From NCBI GenBank assembly GCA_016866335.1, contig VGMT01000006.1, positions 25,778 through 89,777 on the forward strand: a stretch of 64,000 nt of DNA. Reading direction: 5' to 3'. Made by a program: the position numbers and the translations under genes. The notes beneath the pieces were generated by a model. It saw nothing but the letters and a program-made list of their open reading frames with translations, was not told the origin of the DNA and ran no database searches. Every line of letters starts with the position of its first letter. Position 1 is the first letter of the stretch. Shown here in pieces: positions 38,274 through 48,248 of this stretch. The stretch is from Bacteroidota bacterium. Lineage in GTDB: Bacteria; Bacteroidota; Bacteroidia; CAIKAF01.

Positions 38274-38421
38274 TCGAATTTATTTTTGGAAAGTTACGGA
38301 AGTTTTTGGGCTTTGCCTGCTACGGGGAACCTTGATTTTAATTTGGAGGCTAAAATCCCTTAATTTAGACGAAACAGGAATGGGCTAGGCTAGGGGTTGG
38401 CTTTCAGTTTTGATGATTCAA

Positions 38422-38573
38422 ATGGGGGCGGCTGCCGGGCTTTCCGGGCTACTCCGCGGTTGCCAAAGGCCTGGCCCAGCTGGTTTGCGGGGGCTCCTAA
38501 CGTCGCCTCCGCACCTAGCGGGCCAGGCTTCGGCACCCTTGCGGGGTAGCCTCGTCAATCCCTGCCGCTGGCC
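38422..38573 (+). repeat. GC-rich dispersed repeat, copy E (forward). This copy was used as the representative.
   Basis: It reads 'gggggcggctgccgggctttccgggctactccgcggttgcc...cttgcggggtagcctcgtcaatccctgccgctggcc'. Confidence 0.85.
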
Positions 38574-38655
38574 TTTCGGTCCATTTTGCTCATCCAATTC
38601 CCGAACCCCGCCAGCAGACTTGCAAAAAACATACGGACCTTGTAACTTTAAACCT

Positions 38656-38970
38656 ATGAAAGCGGTTCGTGTTCTTGTGCTTTTTGTCCTGGCATTGGCT
38701 ATGTTGCCTTTGCCTTCTGAGTTCTATCTGTGGATTCGTGCGGTGGTTTTTGTATCGGCCCTGCTCTGTTTTTGGGAAGAATACAAAAAGGGCTTGTCCT
38801 ACTTCGCTATTCTTTTTTTGGCCTTAATGGTGTTGTTCAACCCCTTTTTGCAGGTGCATTTGCGCGAAAAGGCTTTTTGGCTGGCATTGGATTTGGGCTC
38901 AATGCTGTTGTTCGCCTACCCTTGGCTAAAGCCTTTTTTAAAGAGGTCTGAACAGGCAGAAGGCAATTAA
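38656..38970 (+). CDS. Small hypothetical membrane protein (104 aa)
   Basis: It has three predicted TM helices. The ATG taken as start lies downstream of the repeat, because the longer upstream ORF runs through repeat E. Confidence 0.4.
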   Translation: MKAVRVLVLFVLALAMLPLPSEFYLWIRAVVFVSALLCFWEEYKKGLSYFAILFLALMVLFNPFLQVHLREKAFWLALDLGSMLLFAYPWLKPFLKRSEQAEGN

Positions 38971-39758
38971 TCGCAAGCTGTTTGCAGGCCCTCCCAAGCC
39001 GTAGAGTCCAGCAAGGGTTTTTCGGTCAACTCTATATTTTCTGTGGCTTTTTTCAGGTATTCTTTCCGTTCCGATAGGTCAGGATGGCTGCCCAGCCAAG
39101 AGGGAAGGTCCGATTGGACTTCAGATTCCAGTTTTTCCATTACCCCAACCATGGAACTGGGATTAATCCCTGCGTTTTTCAGGTATTTCACCGATTTCAG
39201 GTCGGCCTCTTTTTCTAGGCTACGGTCGTAGGCCGAGGAAGACAACTGGCTCAGAATTTCTTTTATGGCTTCGCCGGCAGCACTGCCTCCGCCAGCCGCA
39301 CTTAACAGAATGGATACACCCACTTCTTTGGCCAGTTTTTTGGAAATGTGGTTCAACTGAACGTGGGCCACTTCATGACCAAGTACACCCGCCAGCTCTT
39401 CAGGACTTTCAAGGGTTTGAACCAAGCCCGAATGAATCAAAATATGCCCCCCCGGAAGGGCAAAGGCATTTATTTCGTCGTTGTTCACCAAATGCACCTT
39501 CACGCTGCTTGAATCAAGTTGGTTGGCTTCGCATATTCGAGTCCACATAGATTGCAAGGCCTCGTTGGCCTCGGTGTCAGAGCAGATTTCTTCCGAATCT
39601 TGAATGGCATCCCAAAGCAGGTCTTCTAATTTTTGTTCGGTTTTTTGAGTCAAGACGTCCAAACCCAATATGCCAATCCAGTTGATTTGAGAAAGCCCAA
39701 ACCAAAGGCCGCCAAACAGCAAAAGGGATAGGCTAAGGTGAAGAAAAAAGCGCTTCAT
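38967..39758 (-). CDS. M48-family zinc metallopeptidase
   Basis: It has 'HEVAHV' (HExxH) and a signal/TM start 'MKRFFLHLSLSLLLF'. Confidence 0.7.
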   Translation of the reverse strand: MKRFFLHLSLSLLLFGGLWFGLSQINWIGILGLDVLTQKTEQKLEDLLWDAIQDSEEICSDTEANEALQSMWTRICEANQLDSSSVKVHLVNNDEINAFALPGGHILIHSGLVQTLESPEELAGVLGHEVAHVQLNHISKKLAKEVGVSILLSAAGGGSAAGEAIKEILSQLSSSAYDRSLEKEADLKSVKYLKNAGINPSSMVGVMEKLESEVQSDLPSWLGSHPDLSERKEYLKKATENIELTEKPLLDSTAWEGLQTACD

Positions 39759-40192
39759 GGTTTGGGTTTGCAAAGTAGGTGGGTTAAAGGGCCGTACATC
39801 CACCAACTAAGGTGTTGTCCTTTTCGGGTTTCTATGGCCGTAACAATGGTAACGGCAAATTCAAGCAGGTTGTACAAAATGGCCACAGCCATGTAGGCCA
39901 AATAAGCGTTGCTCAGGGAGCGGTCGGTTAAAATGATGGACCAGGTCCAGCCCAAGGCAAAGGCATTGATCAGGACGATGGAGATTTGCGAGAGCAGGGC
40001 CTGAAGGCAATGCCAGCGTACAAAGTAGCTGCTTTTTCGTTGCCCCATGTAGTAGCCCCAAGTGGCAATCAGGTTGATTATGGGGAACGGCAAACCAACA
40101 ATCACCACCACCAGCGACATGAGGTAAGCGTTCGAGGCTTTTTCGGTTTCGTATTCCTCTGGCCTGTATGGAAAAGCGGGTTTAGAAATCAT
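39755..40192 (-). CDS. Hypothetical integral membrane protein
   Basis: It has four hydrophobic helices. Confidence 0.45.
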   Translation of the reverse strand: MISKPAFPYRPEEYETEKASNAYLMSLVVVIVGLPFPIINLIATWGYYMGQRKSSYFVRWHCLQALLSQISIVLINAFALGWTWSIILTDRSLSNAYLAYMAVAILYNLLEFAVTIVTAIETRKGQHLSWWMYGPLTHLLCKPKP

Positions 40193-40605
40193 AGCAGTTT
40201 AAAGATATTCCAAATCCAATTGGCAAGCAAGAGCAAAGCGAAGGGCCAAGCGAATTCGGGGCGTTTTAATTTGGCTTCGGCCTGTTGATAGGCATTTTTC
40301 AGGCTTTCTGATTTTGAAAAAAAATCGTAGGCAATCCAAATGGGAATGGCCAGCATAAAAGCCAATGCGAGGTACCCCAGGGGATTGGTCCAAAGGGCAA
40401 GTTCAAATTGACCCTGGCTCAGAGCTGCCGCAGAACGGGTGGTTCCGCAGGCGGGACAGGGAATGCCCGTTAGCCTGCGTGTTGGGCAAGCAAGCAAAGA
40501 AGATTCTTCGGGACCGCCCCAAACCAAATAATACAGCAACCAGGCATGGCCGGCTAGGGCCAAACCTCCCAACAAAAGGTAAATCCTTTTGCCGGATTGA
40601 CGCAT
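40189..40605 (-). CDS. DUF2752-like membrane protein
   Basis: It has a CPTRRLTGIPCPACGTTR metal-binding-like motif and TM helices. Confidence 0.5.
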   Translation of the reverse strand: MRQSGKRIYLLLGGLALAGHAWLLYYLVWGGPEESSLLACPTRRLTGIPCPACGTTRSAAALSQGQFELALWTNPLGYLALAFMLAIPIWIAYDFFSKSESLKNAYQQAEAKLKRPEFAWPFALLLLANWIWNIFKLL

Positions 40606-40606
40606 C

Positions 40607-40945
40607 TTAGTATAAGAAGGGCTGGATTTTCTCGAAGTTTTTTTGGCGGGTAGCGCCTTGGATTTGGAACCAGTCGATGATGGCCCAAATGCCCAAACCG
40701 CCGCAAGTTAATAGTTTGCCTACGCCCATGCCCGTATCGCCAATAAAAAACCGGTCAATACCGTACGTTCCAAGAAAAATGGAAATAATAAGTGCTGTTT
40801 GTGGGTCTTTTAGTTGCAAGGTCTGAATCATAGCCCATTTTGATTCGTCTAGGGCTAGGAGTCGGTCTCTAACTTGGCCAATGTGTTGACTTTCAAAGTA
40901 CTTTCCATTGGTTAGGATATACATATCCACTTTTTGAGAATCCAT
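40607..40945 (-). CDS. TM2-domain membrane protein
   Basis: It has '[34 protein letters not shown]'. Confidence 0.55.
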   Translation of the reverse strand: MDSQKVDMYILTNGKYFESQHIGQVRDRLLALDESKWAMIQTLQLKDPQTALIISIFLGTYGIDRFFIGDTGMGVGKLLTCGGLGIWAIIDWFQIQGATRQKNFEKIQPFLY

Positions 40946-41065
40946 AGTAATTTAGATTGGTTAGCACCAAGGTAACCAATAATTTTTAAATCAAAATAAC
41001 AAGGGCTTTAATCGTGGAACAATTATTGCAGTTAATTCGTTCTTAATCAATATACTCGTTGTTTT

Positions 41066-42151
41066 ATGGTTATAGGCATATTGGCTGAGGCAGAACTTCC
41101 CATTGTATCGATGGTGCCAGATACCGCAGCTCGGCTAACGAAAGCGGGGCATCGCATTTTGATAGAACAGGGTGCTGGCTCGGCCGCGGGCTTTCCAGAC
41201 CACCTGTATGCCGAAGTGGCCGAGCTGAAAACAAGGGCAGAACTGCTTGCCGAATCGGATATTTTACTGAGTGTCCAGGTGCCCACCTCCACAGATTTGG
41301 CCCAAATTCGTCCAGAAGCCACCTTGATAACCAATACCGAAATCTTTGCTTATCCAGATTCCCTTAACGTATTTGAGGGCTATGCGTTCAGGGTTTTAAG
41401 CATGGACGAAATTCCCAGAACCAGCTTGGCCCAAAGCATGGATGTGCTTAGCAGCATGGCTTCGCTGTCGGGTTACCGTGCCGTGTTGGAAGCCTCGACC
41501 TTGTTTACCCGGTATTTCCCCATGATGATTACAGCGGCGGGCAGCATTAAACCAGCCAAGGTCTTGGTTTTGGGCGCCGGAGTGGCCGGATTGCAGGCCA
41601 TTGCCACCGCAAAACGTTTGGGCGCTCAGGTGGAGGCCTTTGATGTGCGATCGGCCGTGAAAGAAGAAGTTCAAAGTTTGGGAGCCCGTTTTGTAGAAGT
41701 GCCTGGAGCTAAGGAAGACGGCGGGGCAGGTGGTTATGCAGTAGAGCAAAGCGCGGACTACTTAGCCCGGCAAAAAGAAGAGGTACAACGCCGCGCTGTT
41801 CAAAGCGACATTGTTATTGCTACGGCTCAAATTCGTGGAAAACGAGCTCCCCTGCTCATTACCGAAGAAACCATTCAAGCCATGCGCCCCGGCTCGGTGG
41901 TGGTTGACCTGGCCGCTTCAACCGGAGGCAACTGCGCTTTTACCCAAGACGGAAAATGCATTGAAGTAAATGGAGTACATATTTTGGGCAATAGCCGCTT
42001 GGCCTATTCCATGCGGCAAGATGCCAGCCTGTTGTATGGGAACAACGTGTACCATTTTTTGACCCATTATTTAAAACAGGCCGAGCAAAACGCTTTAATG
42101 CACGATGAAATTTGTCGGGCCGTTTGTGTGCATCCCAAATCTGAATCTTAA
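41066..42151 (+). CDS. pntAA: NAD(P) transhydrogenase subunit alpha, part 1
   Basis: It has an AlaDH/PNT fold and 'VLGAGVAGLQAI'. Confidence 0.85.
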   Translation: MVIGILAEAELPIVSMVPDTAARLTKAGHRILIEQGAGSAAGFPDHLYAEVAELKTRAELLAESDILLSVQVPTSTDLAQIRPEATLITNTEIFAYPDSLNVFEGYAFRVLSMDEIPRTSLAQSMDVLSSMASLSGYRAVLEASTLFTRYFPMMITAAGSIKPAKVLVLGAGVAGLQAIATAKRLGAQVEAFDVRSAVKEEVQSLGARFVEVPGAKEDGGAGGYAVEQSADYLARQKEEVQRRAVQSDIVIATAQIRGKRAPLLITEETIQAMRPGSVVVDLAASTGGNCAFTQDGKCIEVNGVHILGNSRLAYSMRQDASLLYGNNVYHFLTHYLKQAEQNALMHDEICRAVCVHPKSES

Positions 42152-42161
42152 TCCTGTTTTT

Positions 42162-42473
42162 ATGAATGCTTTGATTGAAATACTATCGGCGAACTACCTG
42201 CTTATATACCTGCTGGTGTTTACCATAATTCTGGGTTTTGAAATCATCAGTAAAGTGCCAACCGTGCTGCATACTCCCTTGATGTCGGGGTCCAATGCCA
42301 TTAGTGGCATTGTCATTATTGGGGCCATTTTGCTAATCCGTCAAAGCCCGTCAGATGCATGGATTGAATTGACGGCGGGCATGGTTGGTTTGGCCTTGGC
42401 CATGGTGAACGTAGTGGGCGGTTTTGCGGTAACCCAGCGCATGCTCCAGATGTTTAAAAAGAAAAAGAAATAA
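42162..42473 (+). CDS. pntAB: NAD(P) transhydrogenase subunit alpha, part 2 (membrane)
   Basis: It has about three TM helices. The start was taken at 'MNALIEIL', just after the pntAA stop. Confidence 0.8.
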   Translation: MNALIEILSANYLLIYLLVFTIILGFEIISKVPTVLHTPLMSGSNAISGIVIIGAILLIRQSPSDAWIELTAGMVGLALAMVNVVGGFAVTQRMLQMFKKKKK

Positions 42474-42476
42474 GCC

Positions 42477-43874
42477 ATGAATACAGCAATTTGGTTTGAT
42501 TTGGCTTACTTGATGGGTTCGGTAGGCATCGTTTGGGGCTTGAAGCGGATGAGTTCGCCCGACAGCGCAGGGGCAGGGAACACCTTGGCCGCCTTAGGAA
42601 TGGGTTTGGCCATACTTGCGGCCATTTTTTATCCTTTGGGCGATGCCGACAACGGAAATCTTGCTTGGATTCTTGGTGGATTGGCCTTGGGGTCGGCTGC
42701 TGGTTACATTTTAGCGAAACGCGTTGCCATGACAGCCATGCCGCAAATGGTTTCATTGCTGAACGGCATGGGCGGAGCTACCGCGATGATTTTGGGTTTG
42801 GTGGAATACCTGCGACTTGGTTCTGCCACCACTGATTTTGGGTCGAACCTTACCGTGGTATTCGCTCTGCTGGTTGGGGCGGTTTCGTTTAGCGGCAGTG
42901 TGTTGGCTTACCTGAAACTGGAGGGGAAGGTGGACGACAAGAAAATCACCCTTTCCTTTCATTCTGTTTTTAATTTATTGTTGCTGGCTTTGGTCTTGGG
43001 CGGCACGATGGCCCTTAGCTATTCTACCGACTGGGGCATTGGACTTTTGGTACTGTTTACGCTTTTGGCCTTGTTTTACGGACTTAGTTTCGTTGCGCCC
43101 ATTGGCGGAGCAGATATGCCAGTTGTGATTTCCTTGTTAAACAGTTTTACCGGTATTTCGGCTGCAACAGCCGGTTTTGTATATGGCAACTTAATGATGA
43201 TTGTGGGCGGAATTTTGGTGGGAGCTTCAGGAACAATATTGACCTTAATGATGTGCAAGGCCATGAACCGGTCGTTGTGGAATGTCATTGTGGGCGGTTT
43301 TGGCAGTGTGGCTGCCGGAGTGGCCACCGATACGAATCAACAGGTTAAATCGGTTGGATTGGCCGATGCAGCGATTCAGTTGGCCTACAGCAAAACCGTT
43401 TTGGTGGTTCCAGGTTATGGATTGGCTGTGGCTCAAGCCCAAAAAGTGTGCAAGGAATTAGACGAACTGCTCGAGGCAAATGGGGTAGATCTGCGCTACG
43501 GCATTCATCCGGTGGCAGGTCGAATGCCCGGGCACATGAATGTATTGTTGGCCGAGGCCGACGTGCCCTATCCCAAATTGCTTGATTTGGAAGAGGCCAA
43601 CGACTTTTTAAACCAATGCGATGCCGTGGTAGTTATTGGGGCAAACGATGTGGTAAATCCCGCTGCCGAGCGCGACCCCAGCAGCAGCATTTATGGAATG
43701 CCGGTATTAAAAGTTTGGCAGGCCAAAAACACCATAGTCATGAAACGCAGCATGGGCAAAGGGTACGCCGGCATTGAAAATCCCTTGTTTTTTGAAAAAA
43801 ACACCTACATGCTGTTTGGCGATGCCAAGCAAACCTTGCAGGCGCTTGTTGCCGAGGTGAAAGGCTTGGGTTGA
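42477..43874 (+). CDS. pntB: NAD(P) transhydrogenase subunit beta
   Basis: It has a TM N-terminal domain and a C-terminal NADP(H)-binding domain ('VVPGYGLAVAQAQ'). Confidence 0.9.
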   Translation: MNTAIWFDLAYLMGSVGIVWGLKRMSSPDSAGAGNTLAALGMGLAILAAIFYPLGDADNGNLAWILGGLALGSAAGYILAKRVAMTAMPQMVSLLNGMGGATAMILGLVEYLRLGSATTDFGSNLTVVFALLVGAVSFSGSVLAYLKLEGKVDDKKITLSFHSVFNLLLLALVLGGTMALSYSTDWGIGLLVLFTLLALFYGLSFVAPIGGADMPVVISLLNSFTGISAATAGFVYGNLMMIVGGILVGASGTILTLMMCKAMNRSLWNVIVGGFGSVAAGVATDTNQQVKSVGLADAAIQLAYSKTVLVVPGYGLAVAQAQKVCKELDELLEANGVDLRYGIHPVAGRMPGHMNVLLAEADVPYPKLLDLEEANDFLNQCDAVVVIGANDVVNPAAERDPSSSIYGMPVLKVWQAKNTIVMKRSMGKGYAGIENPLFFEKNTYMLFGDAKQTLQALVAEVKGLG

Positions 43875-44001
43875 TTGTTGGTCTTGGCTCCCTGCGAACC
43901 AATGGGAAATGCCACAGCAACAGGACAAACTCCAAGCTACCCCAGAAAGGACGCCCATCGTCAAATACCCGTCCATGGTCTGACTTGGCAAATGGCCAAG
44001 A

Positions 44002-44150
44002 GGCGCGGCAGGGATTGACGAGGCTACCCCGCAAGGGCCGAAACGGCAGCCGGCCCTTGACCGGCAGAGCGACCTTGGGAGCTACTGACGGGCGCGGGCT
44101 GGCCCGGTTTCGGGCCGCGGAGTAGCCCGGAAAGCCCGGCTGCCGCCCTA
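44002..44150 (-). repeat. GC-rich dispersed repeat, copy F (reverse)
   Basis: It reads 'ggcgcggcagggattgacgaggctaccccgcaaggg...ggagtagcccggaaagcccggctgccgccc'. Confidence 0.8.
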
Positions 44151-44258
44151 ATTTATTAACCTACAAAAATGAGCATTATGTTTTACGTAAACTCGTAAGA
44201 TGCTGCCCATGCAGCGCGTCTATTTCCTACCTTTATAATCGGAAATTAAAATTCTTTT

Positions 44259-47200
44259 ATGGGTTCATTTCGAATTCGACCTGTTCGGTTAAAACGCTGG
44301 TTTTTTGGTTTTTTGGCCCTGTTGGCCCTGCCCTTTTTTTTGCTTGCCTGGGTCTATATTAAACAAGATGAATGGGTTCAGCAAGGCATAAAATGGGCCA
44401 ATCAGCATTATGCGGGCCAGGTGGTTCTTCAGGGCAGCCACATTTCCCTTTTTGCCACATTTCCTTATGTTTCTATTGATTTAGAAGATGTGTATGTATA
44501 TGAAGGGAAGGAACATACCCATTTACCCATAGTCCATGTGCAAGATGCCTACATAGGCTTTAGTCTTTGGTCGATTTTAATGGGCAATTACGAGGTAAAA
44601 AGCATTAAGCTTTCGGGCGGCAGGGTTAATTTAATTCAACACACCGATGGCAGTTTTAATATCAGCAGGGCCTTTGATACAGGTCAAGAGGCCAAGGCCG
44701 ACACCTTGGAACAACCACTGAATGTACAGTTAAGATCTTTGGTTTTAGATCGGGTTGAAGTTCATAAAATCAATGAAACGAGTCAGTTGGACGTAGATTT
44801 GGTGGTTGAACAGGCCAAGGCCAGCATAAAACAAGAAGGGAAACAAGTGGCTTTGGATTTGGCGGCCAAGTTTACCCTAAATGTAGTGCAGGGCGGCGAT
44901 ACCACGTTTTTAAAGCACAAGCATTTTAAAATAGATACCCAGCTTGAATACAACGGGAATACGCAAAGCCTGAACATTCAGCCTTCAGAGGTTTGGTTGG
45001 AAAAGGGGAACTTTAACCTGCAGGGCAAGATGGGATTTGCCGGTGAAATGCCGGTAGATTTACAGGTGCAGGGGGCCAAGCCCAATTTTGATTTGCTCAT
45101 TGCCTTTGCCCCCGAAGAGCTTATTCCTACGCTCGAATCTTACCGCAACAAGGGAAAAATCTTTTTTGAAGCCAGCATTAAGGGTGAAACAGCAGGAGGT
45201 CAATGGCCAGCTATCGATGCAAAATTTGGCTGCGATGACGGGCAAATTGAAAACCCAGAAACGGAAAAGCGCCTTGATGATATGGATTTTAAGGGCTATT
45301 TTACTACGGGAGCGAAACGCGATTTTAGCAGCATGGAATTTGGGTTGACTCAGTTCAAAACCAAGCCCGATGCCGGAATTTTTAGTGGCAATTTGAAGGT
45401 GGTTAATTTTTTAGAACCCGATATTCAGCTGCAGTTGGATTCGGAATTCAACCTGGATTTCATAGCCAAATTTTTCAACCTGAAGAATTTGAAAGACTTA
45501 ACGGGTTCTGTGGCCTTGCAAATGAACTTTCACGACATTATCGATTTGAATCACCCGGAACGAAGCATTGAAAAATTGAACGAATCGTACTATACCCGGC
45601 TTAACATTCGAAACGTTGGGTTTAAGAGTGGCAACTTTCACTTGCCCATAAAAAACTTGAATTTGCAGGCCGAAATGCAGGGCCATGAGGCCTTAATTCG
45701 GCAGTTTTCGGTTTCGGTTGGCAAGTCAACCCTGAAAGCCTCTGGAAAAATAAGCGATTTGCCAGCTATTATTCACCATACCAACCTGCCGGTGTCCTTT
45801 GATTTTAATCTGGAATCCAGTTTGCTTGATTTGGCTGAATTGACCTATTCCGATTCCTTAAAGGCATCTGGAATCAACGATCAAATTCGGAATTTAAAGA
45901 TTAAGGCTTCTTTTTTGAGTTCGGCTAAGGCCCTCACCGAATCGGCCTATTTGCCCGAAGGGGAATTTGTTCTGCACGATTTTCAAGGCCGCTTTGCCCA
46001 GTATCCCCATGCTTTGCACGACATTAAGGGGGATTTCTTTATTCGTAAAAACGACCTTCAAATCGCCGATTTTTCAGGAGCCATTGATGGCAGCGATTGG
46101 CATTTTTCGGGCAAGTTAAGCCGCTACGATCTCTTTATGGACAGCAGCTTTTCGGGCGATGCCGTTGTTCAGGTTGATCTGCGCTCGGATTTGCTGCGGC
46201 TAGAAGACCTGTTTTCGTACGCCGGAGAAAATTATGTGCCCGAAGATTACCGGCATGAGCTGTTTAAGAAGCTTGAACTGCATGGCTCAACCACCTTTCA
46301 TTTAAAGAATAAAACCCTGCATTCCATCGATGCCAAGTTAGACAACTTAAGCTGCAGCATGCTGGTGCATAAAAGCCGCTTTGAACGTTTTAGTGGCCGA
46401 ATGCATTATGAGGACGAACATGTTCAACTGGAAAAATTCGGAGGAAAAGTGGGGCACAGCGATTTTTTGGTTGACCTAACCTATTACACTGGCAAAGACC
46501 CCGCTACCAAAAAAAGAGACAATGCTTTTTATTTGAAGTCGAATCACTTAGACTTAGATGAACTTCTTGCCTACAACCCTCCACCAAAATCAGCAAAGGC
46601 CCCTGCGGTAAACCACGACTCGGTGTTCAATGTTTTTTCGGTCCCCTTTACCGACATGCGCCTAAGGGCAGATGTTCAGCATTTAAGGTACCACCGGTTT
46701 ATGCTAGACCGCATCAAAGCCGATCTGCGCATGCAGCAAAACCACTGGTTGCACATCGATGCCCTGGCCCTGGATGCGGCGGGAGGCCATATTGATTTGA
46801 AGGGCTATTTCAATGGGTCAAATCCAAAGGAAATCTATTTTAGCCCTCAATTCAAAGTGAAAGGCATCGATTTGGATAAGCTGTTGTTGAAGTTCGAAAA
46901 TTTTGGGCAAGACCATTTGGTTTCTGAAAATCTGCATGGGAAGTTAAATGGAGAAATAAAAGGGAAACTCCGCATGCATACCGATTTGGTTCCAATGATC
47001 GACAAATCGGAACTGGTATTGAACATAGAAGTTCTGAATGGCCGGCTTGAGAATTATAAGCCTATGGAGTTGTTGGCCGATTATTTCAAAGACAAAAACC
47101 TAACGAAAATTCGGTTTGATACGCTAAGGAACAGCTTTGAGCTGAAGAACAACACCCTATACATTCCCAGCATGACCATTAATTCCTCTTTGGGATTTAT

Positions 47201-47456
47201 GGAACTTAGCGGCAAGCAGGGTTTGAATATGGAAATGGATTATTACCTTAAAATACCTTTGAGTTTGGTTGGTCAGGCGGCATTTCAGCGTTTGTTTAAG
47301 AGAAAGAGGGAAGAGGTGGATCCCAACACCGAAGATGCCATTCAATACCGAGACCAAAACCGAAAACAAGCCTTTATTAGTGTAAACCTGAAAGGAACAA
47401 CCGACAACTACAGCATTGCCTTGAAAAAGGAAAAGATCTCAGGGAAAGAGCCCTAG
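44259..47456 (+). CDS. Large membrane-anchored protein, AsmA/TamB-like
   Basis: It has an N-terminal TM anchor followed by a 1000-aa beta-rich body. The call is by architecture only. Confidence 0.5.
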   Translation: MGSFRIRPVRLKRWFFGFLALLALPFFLLAWVYIKQDEWVQQGIKWANQHYAGQVVLQGSHISLFATFPYVSIDLEDVYVYEGKEHTHLPIVHVQDAYIGFSLWSILMGNYEVKSIKLSGGRVNLIQHTDGSFNISRAFDTGQEAKADTLEQPLNVQLRSLVLDRVEVHKINETSQLDVDLVVEQAKASIKQEGKQVALDLAAKFTLNVVQGGDTTFLKHKHFKIDTQLEYNGNTQSLNIQPSEVWLEKGNFNLQGKMGFAGEMPVDLQVQGAKPNFDLLIAFAPEELIPTLESYRNKGKIFFEASIKGETAGGQWPAIDAKFGCDDGQIENPETEKRLDDMDFKGYFTTGAKRDFSSMEFGLTQFKTKPDAGIFSGNLKVVNFLEPDIQLQLDSEFNLDFIAKFFNLKNLKDLTGSVALQMNFHDIIDLNHPERSIEKLNESYYTRLNIRNVGFKSGNFHLPIKNLNLQAEMQGHEALIRQFSVSVGKSTLKASGKISDLPAIIHHTNLPVSFDFNLESSLLDLAELTYSDSLKASGINDQIRNLKIKASFLSSAKALTESAYLPEGEFVLHDFQGRFAQYPHALHDIKGDFFIRKNDLQIADFSGAIDGSDWHFSGKLSRYDLFMDSSFSGDAVVQVDLRSDLLRLEDLFSYAGENYVPEDYRHELFKKLELHGSTTFHLKNKTLHSIDAKLDNLSCSMLVHKSRFERFSGRMHYEDEHVQLEKFGGKVGHSDFLVDLTYYTGKDPATKKRDNAFYLKSNHLDLDELLAYNPPPKSAKAPAVNHDSVFNVFSVPFTDMRLRADVQHLRYHRFMLDRIKADLRMQQNHWLHIDALALDAAGGHIDLKGYFNGSNPKEIYFSPQFKVKGIDLDKLLLKFENFGQDHLVSENLHGKLNGEIKGKLRMHTDLVPMIDKSELVLNIEVLNGRLENYKPMELLADYFKDKNLTKIRFDTLRNSFELKNNTLYIPSMTINSSLGFMELSGKQGLNMEMDYYLKIPLSLVGQAAFQRLFKRKREEVDPNTEDAIQYRDQNRKQAFISVNLKGTTDNYSIALKKEKISGKEP

Positions 47457-47472
47457 GAAGATGGCCCTGAGC

Positions 47473-48141
47473 TTATTTGATCAGGGTCAAAAATTCTTTG
47501 CGGGTAACCTCGCTTTTGAAATGCCCACTAAACACGCTGGTAATGGTTGAGCTGCCTGTGTCGCGAATGCCGCGCGTGGTTACACATAGGTGCTCAGCCT
47601 CTACAACTACAGCTACGTGTGGCGATTGCAGCACATCGCGCAGTTCAGCTGCAATTTGATTGGTTAAACGCTCTTGTACCTGAGGGCGGCGGCTGTAATA
47701 ATCAACAATGCGGTTTAATTTAGATAGGCCAATGACCTTTCCGGTTGAAATGTAACCGATGTGGGCCTTGCCTAAGATGGGAACAAAATGGTGTTCGCAA
47801 TTGGATTGCACCCGAATGTTCTTTTCGACCAACATGCCTTCGTATTTGTATTGGTTTTCGAACAGGCTGATGCTTGGTTTGTTGGCGGGATTCAGGCCCG
47901 AGAAAATTTCTTGAACGTACATTTTTGCCACCCGTTGTGGGGTGTCTTTTAGACTATCGTCGTTCAGGTCAAGGCCCAAGATGGCCATGATTTCCCTGAA
48001 ATTTTTTTGAATTAGTTGAATCTTGGTTTCGTCGTCCATGGCAAAGGCATCTTCCCTCAAGGGGGTATTGGGTGACCAGTTGGCGTGGTCGTCGTCGTCG
48101 AAGGAGTTCACGATGGCTGAAGTAATTTTGGTGCTGTTCAT
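47473..48141 (-). CDS. folE: GTP cyclohydrolase I
   Basis: It has 'SNCEHHFVP' and 'VVVEAEHLCV'. Confidence 0.9.
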   Translation of the reverse strand: MNSTKITSAIVNSFDDDDHANWSPNTPLREDAFAMDDETKIQLIQKNFREIMAILGLDLNDDSLKDTPQRVAKMYVQEIFSGLNPANKPSISLFENQYKYEGMLVEKNIRVQSNCEHHFVPILGKAHIGYISTGKVIGLSKLNRIVDYYSRRPQVQERLTNQIAAELRDVLQSPHVAVVVEAEHLCVTTRGIRDTGSSTITSVFSGHFKSEVTRKEFLTLIK

Positions 48142-48248
48142 GGTCGAATCAATTGATGCCCATGTAAAACGAAGCGGAGGCCGATTTGTTTAGGGTATTT
48201 GAGACGGAACAGGGTTAAAAAAGCAAAATTCAGTTTAAAACAAACCGT

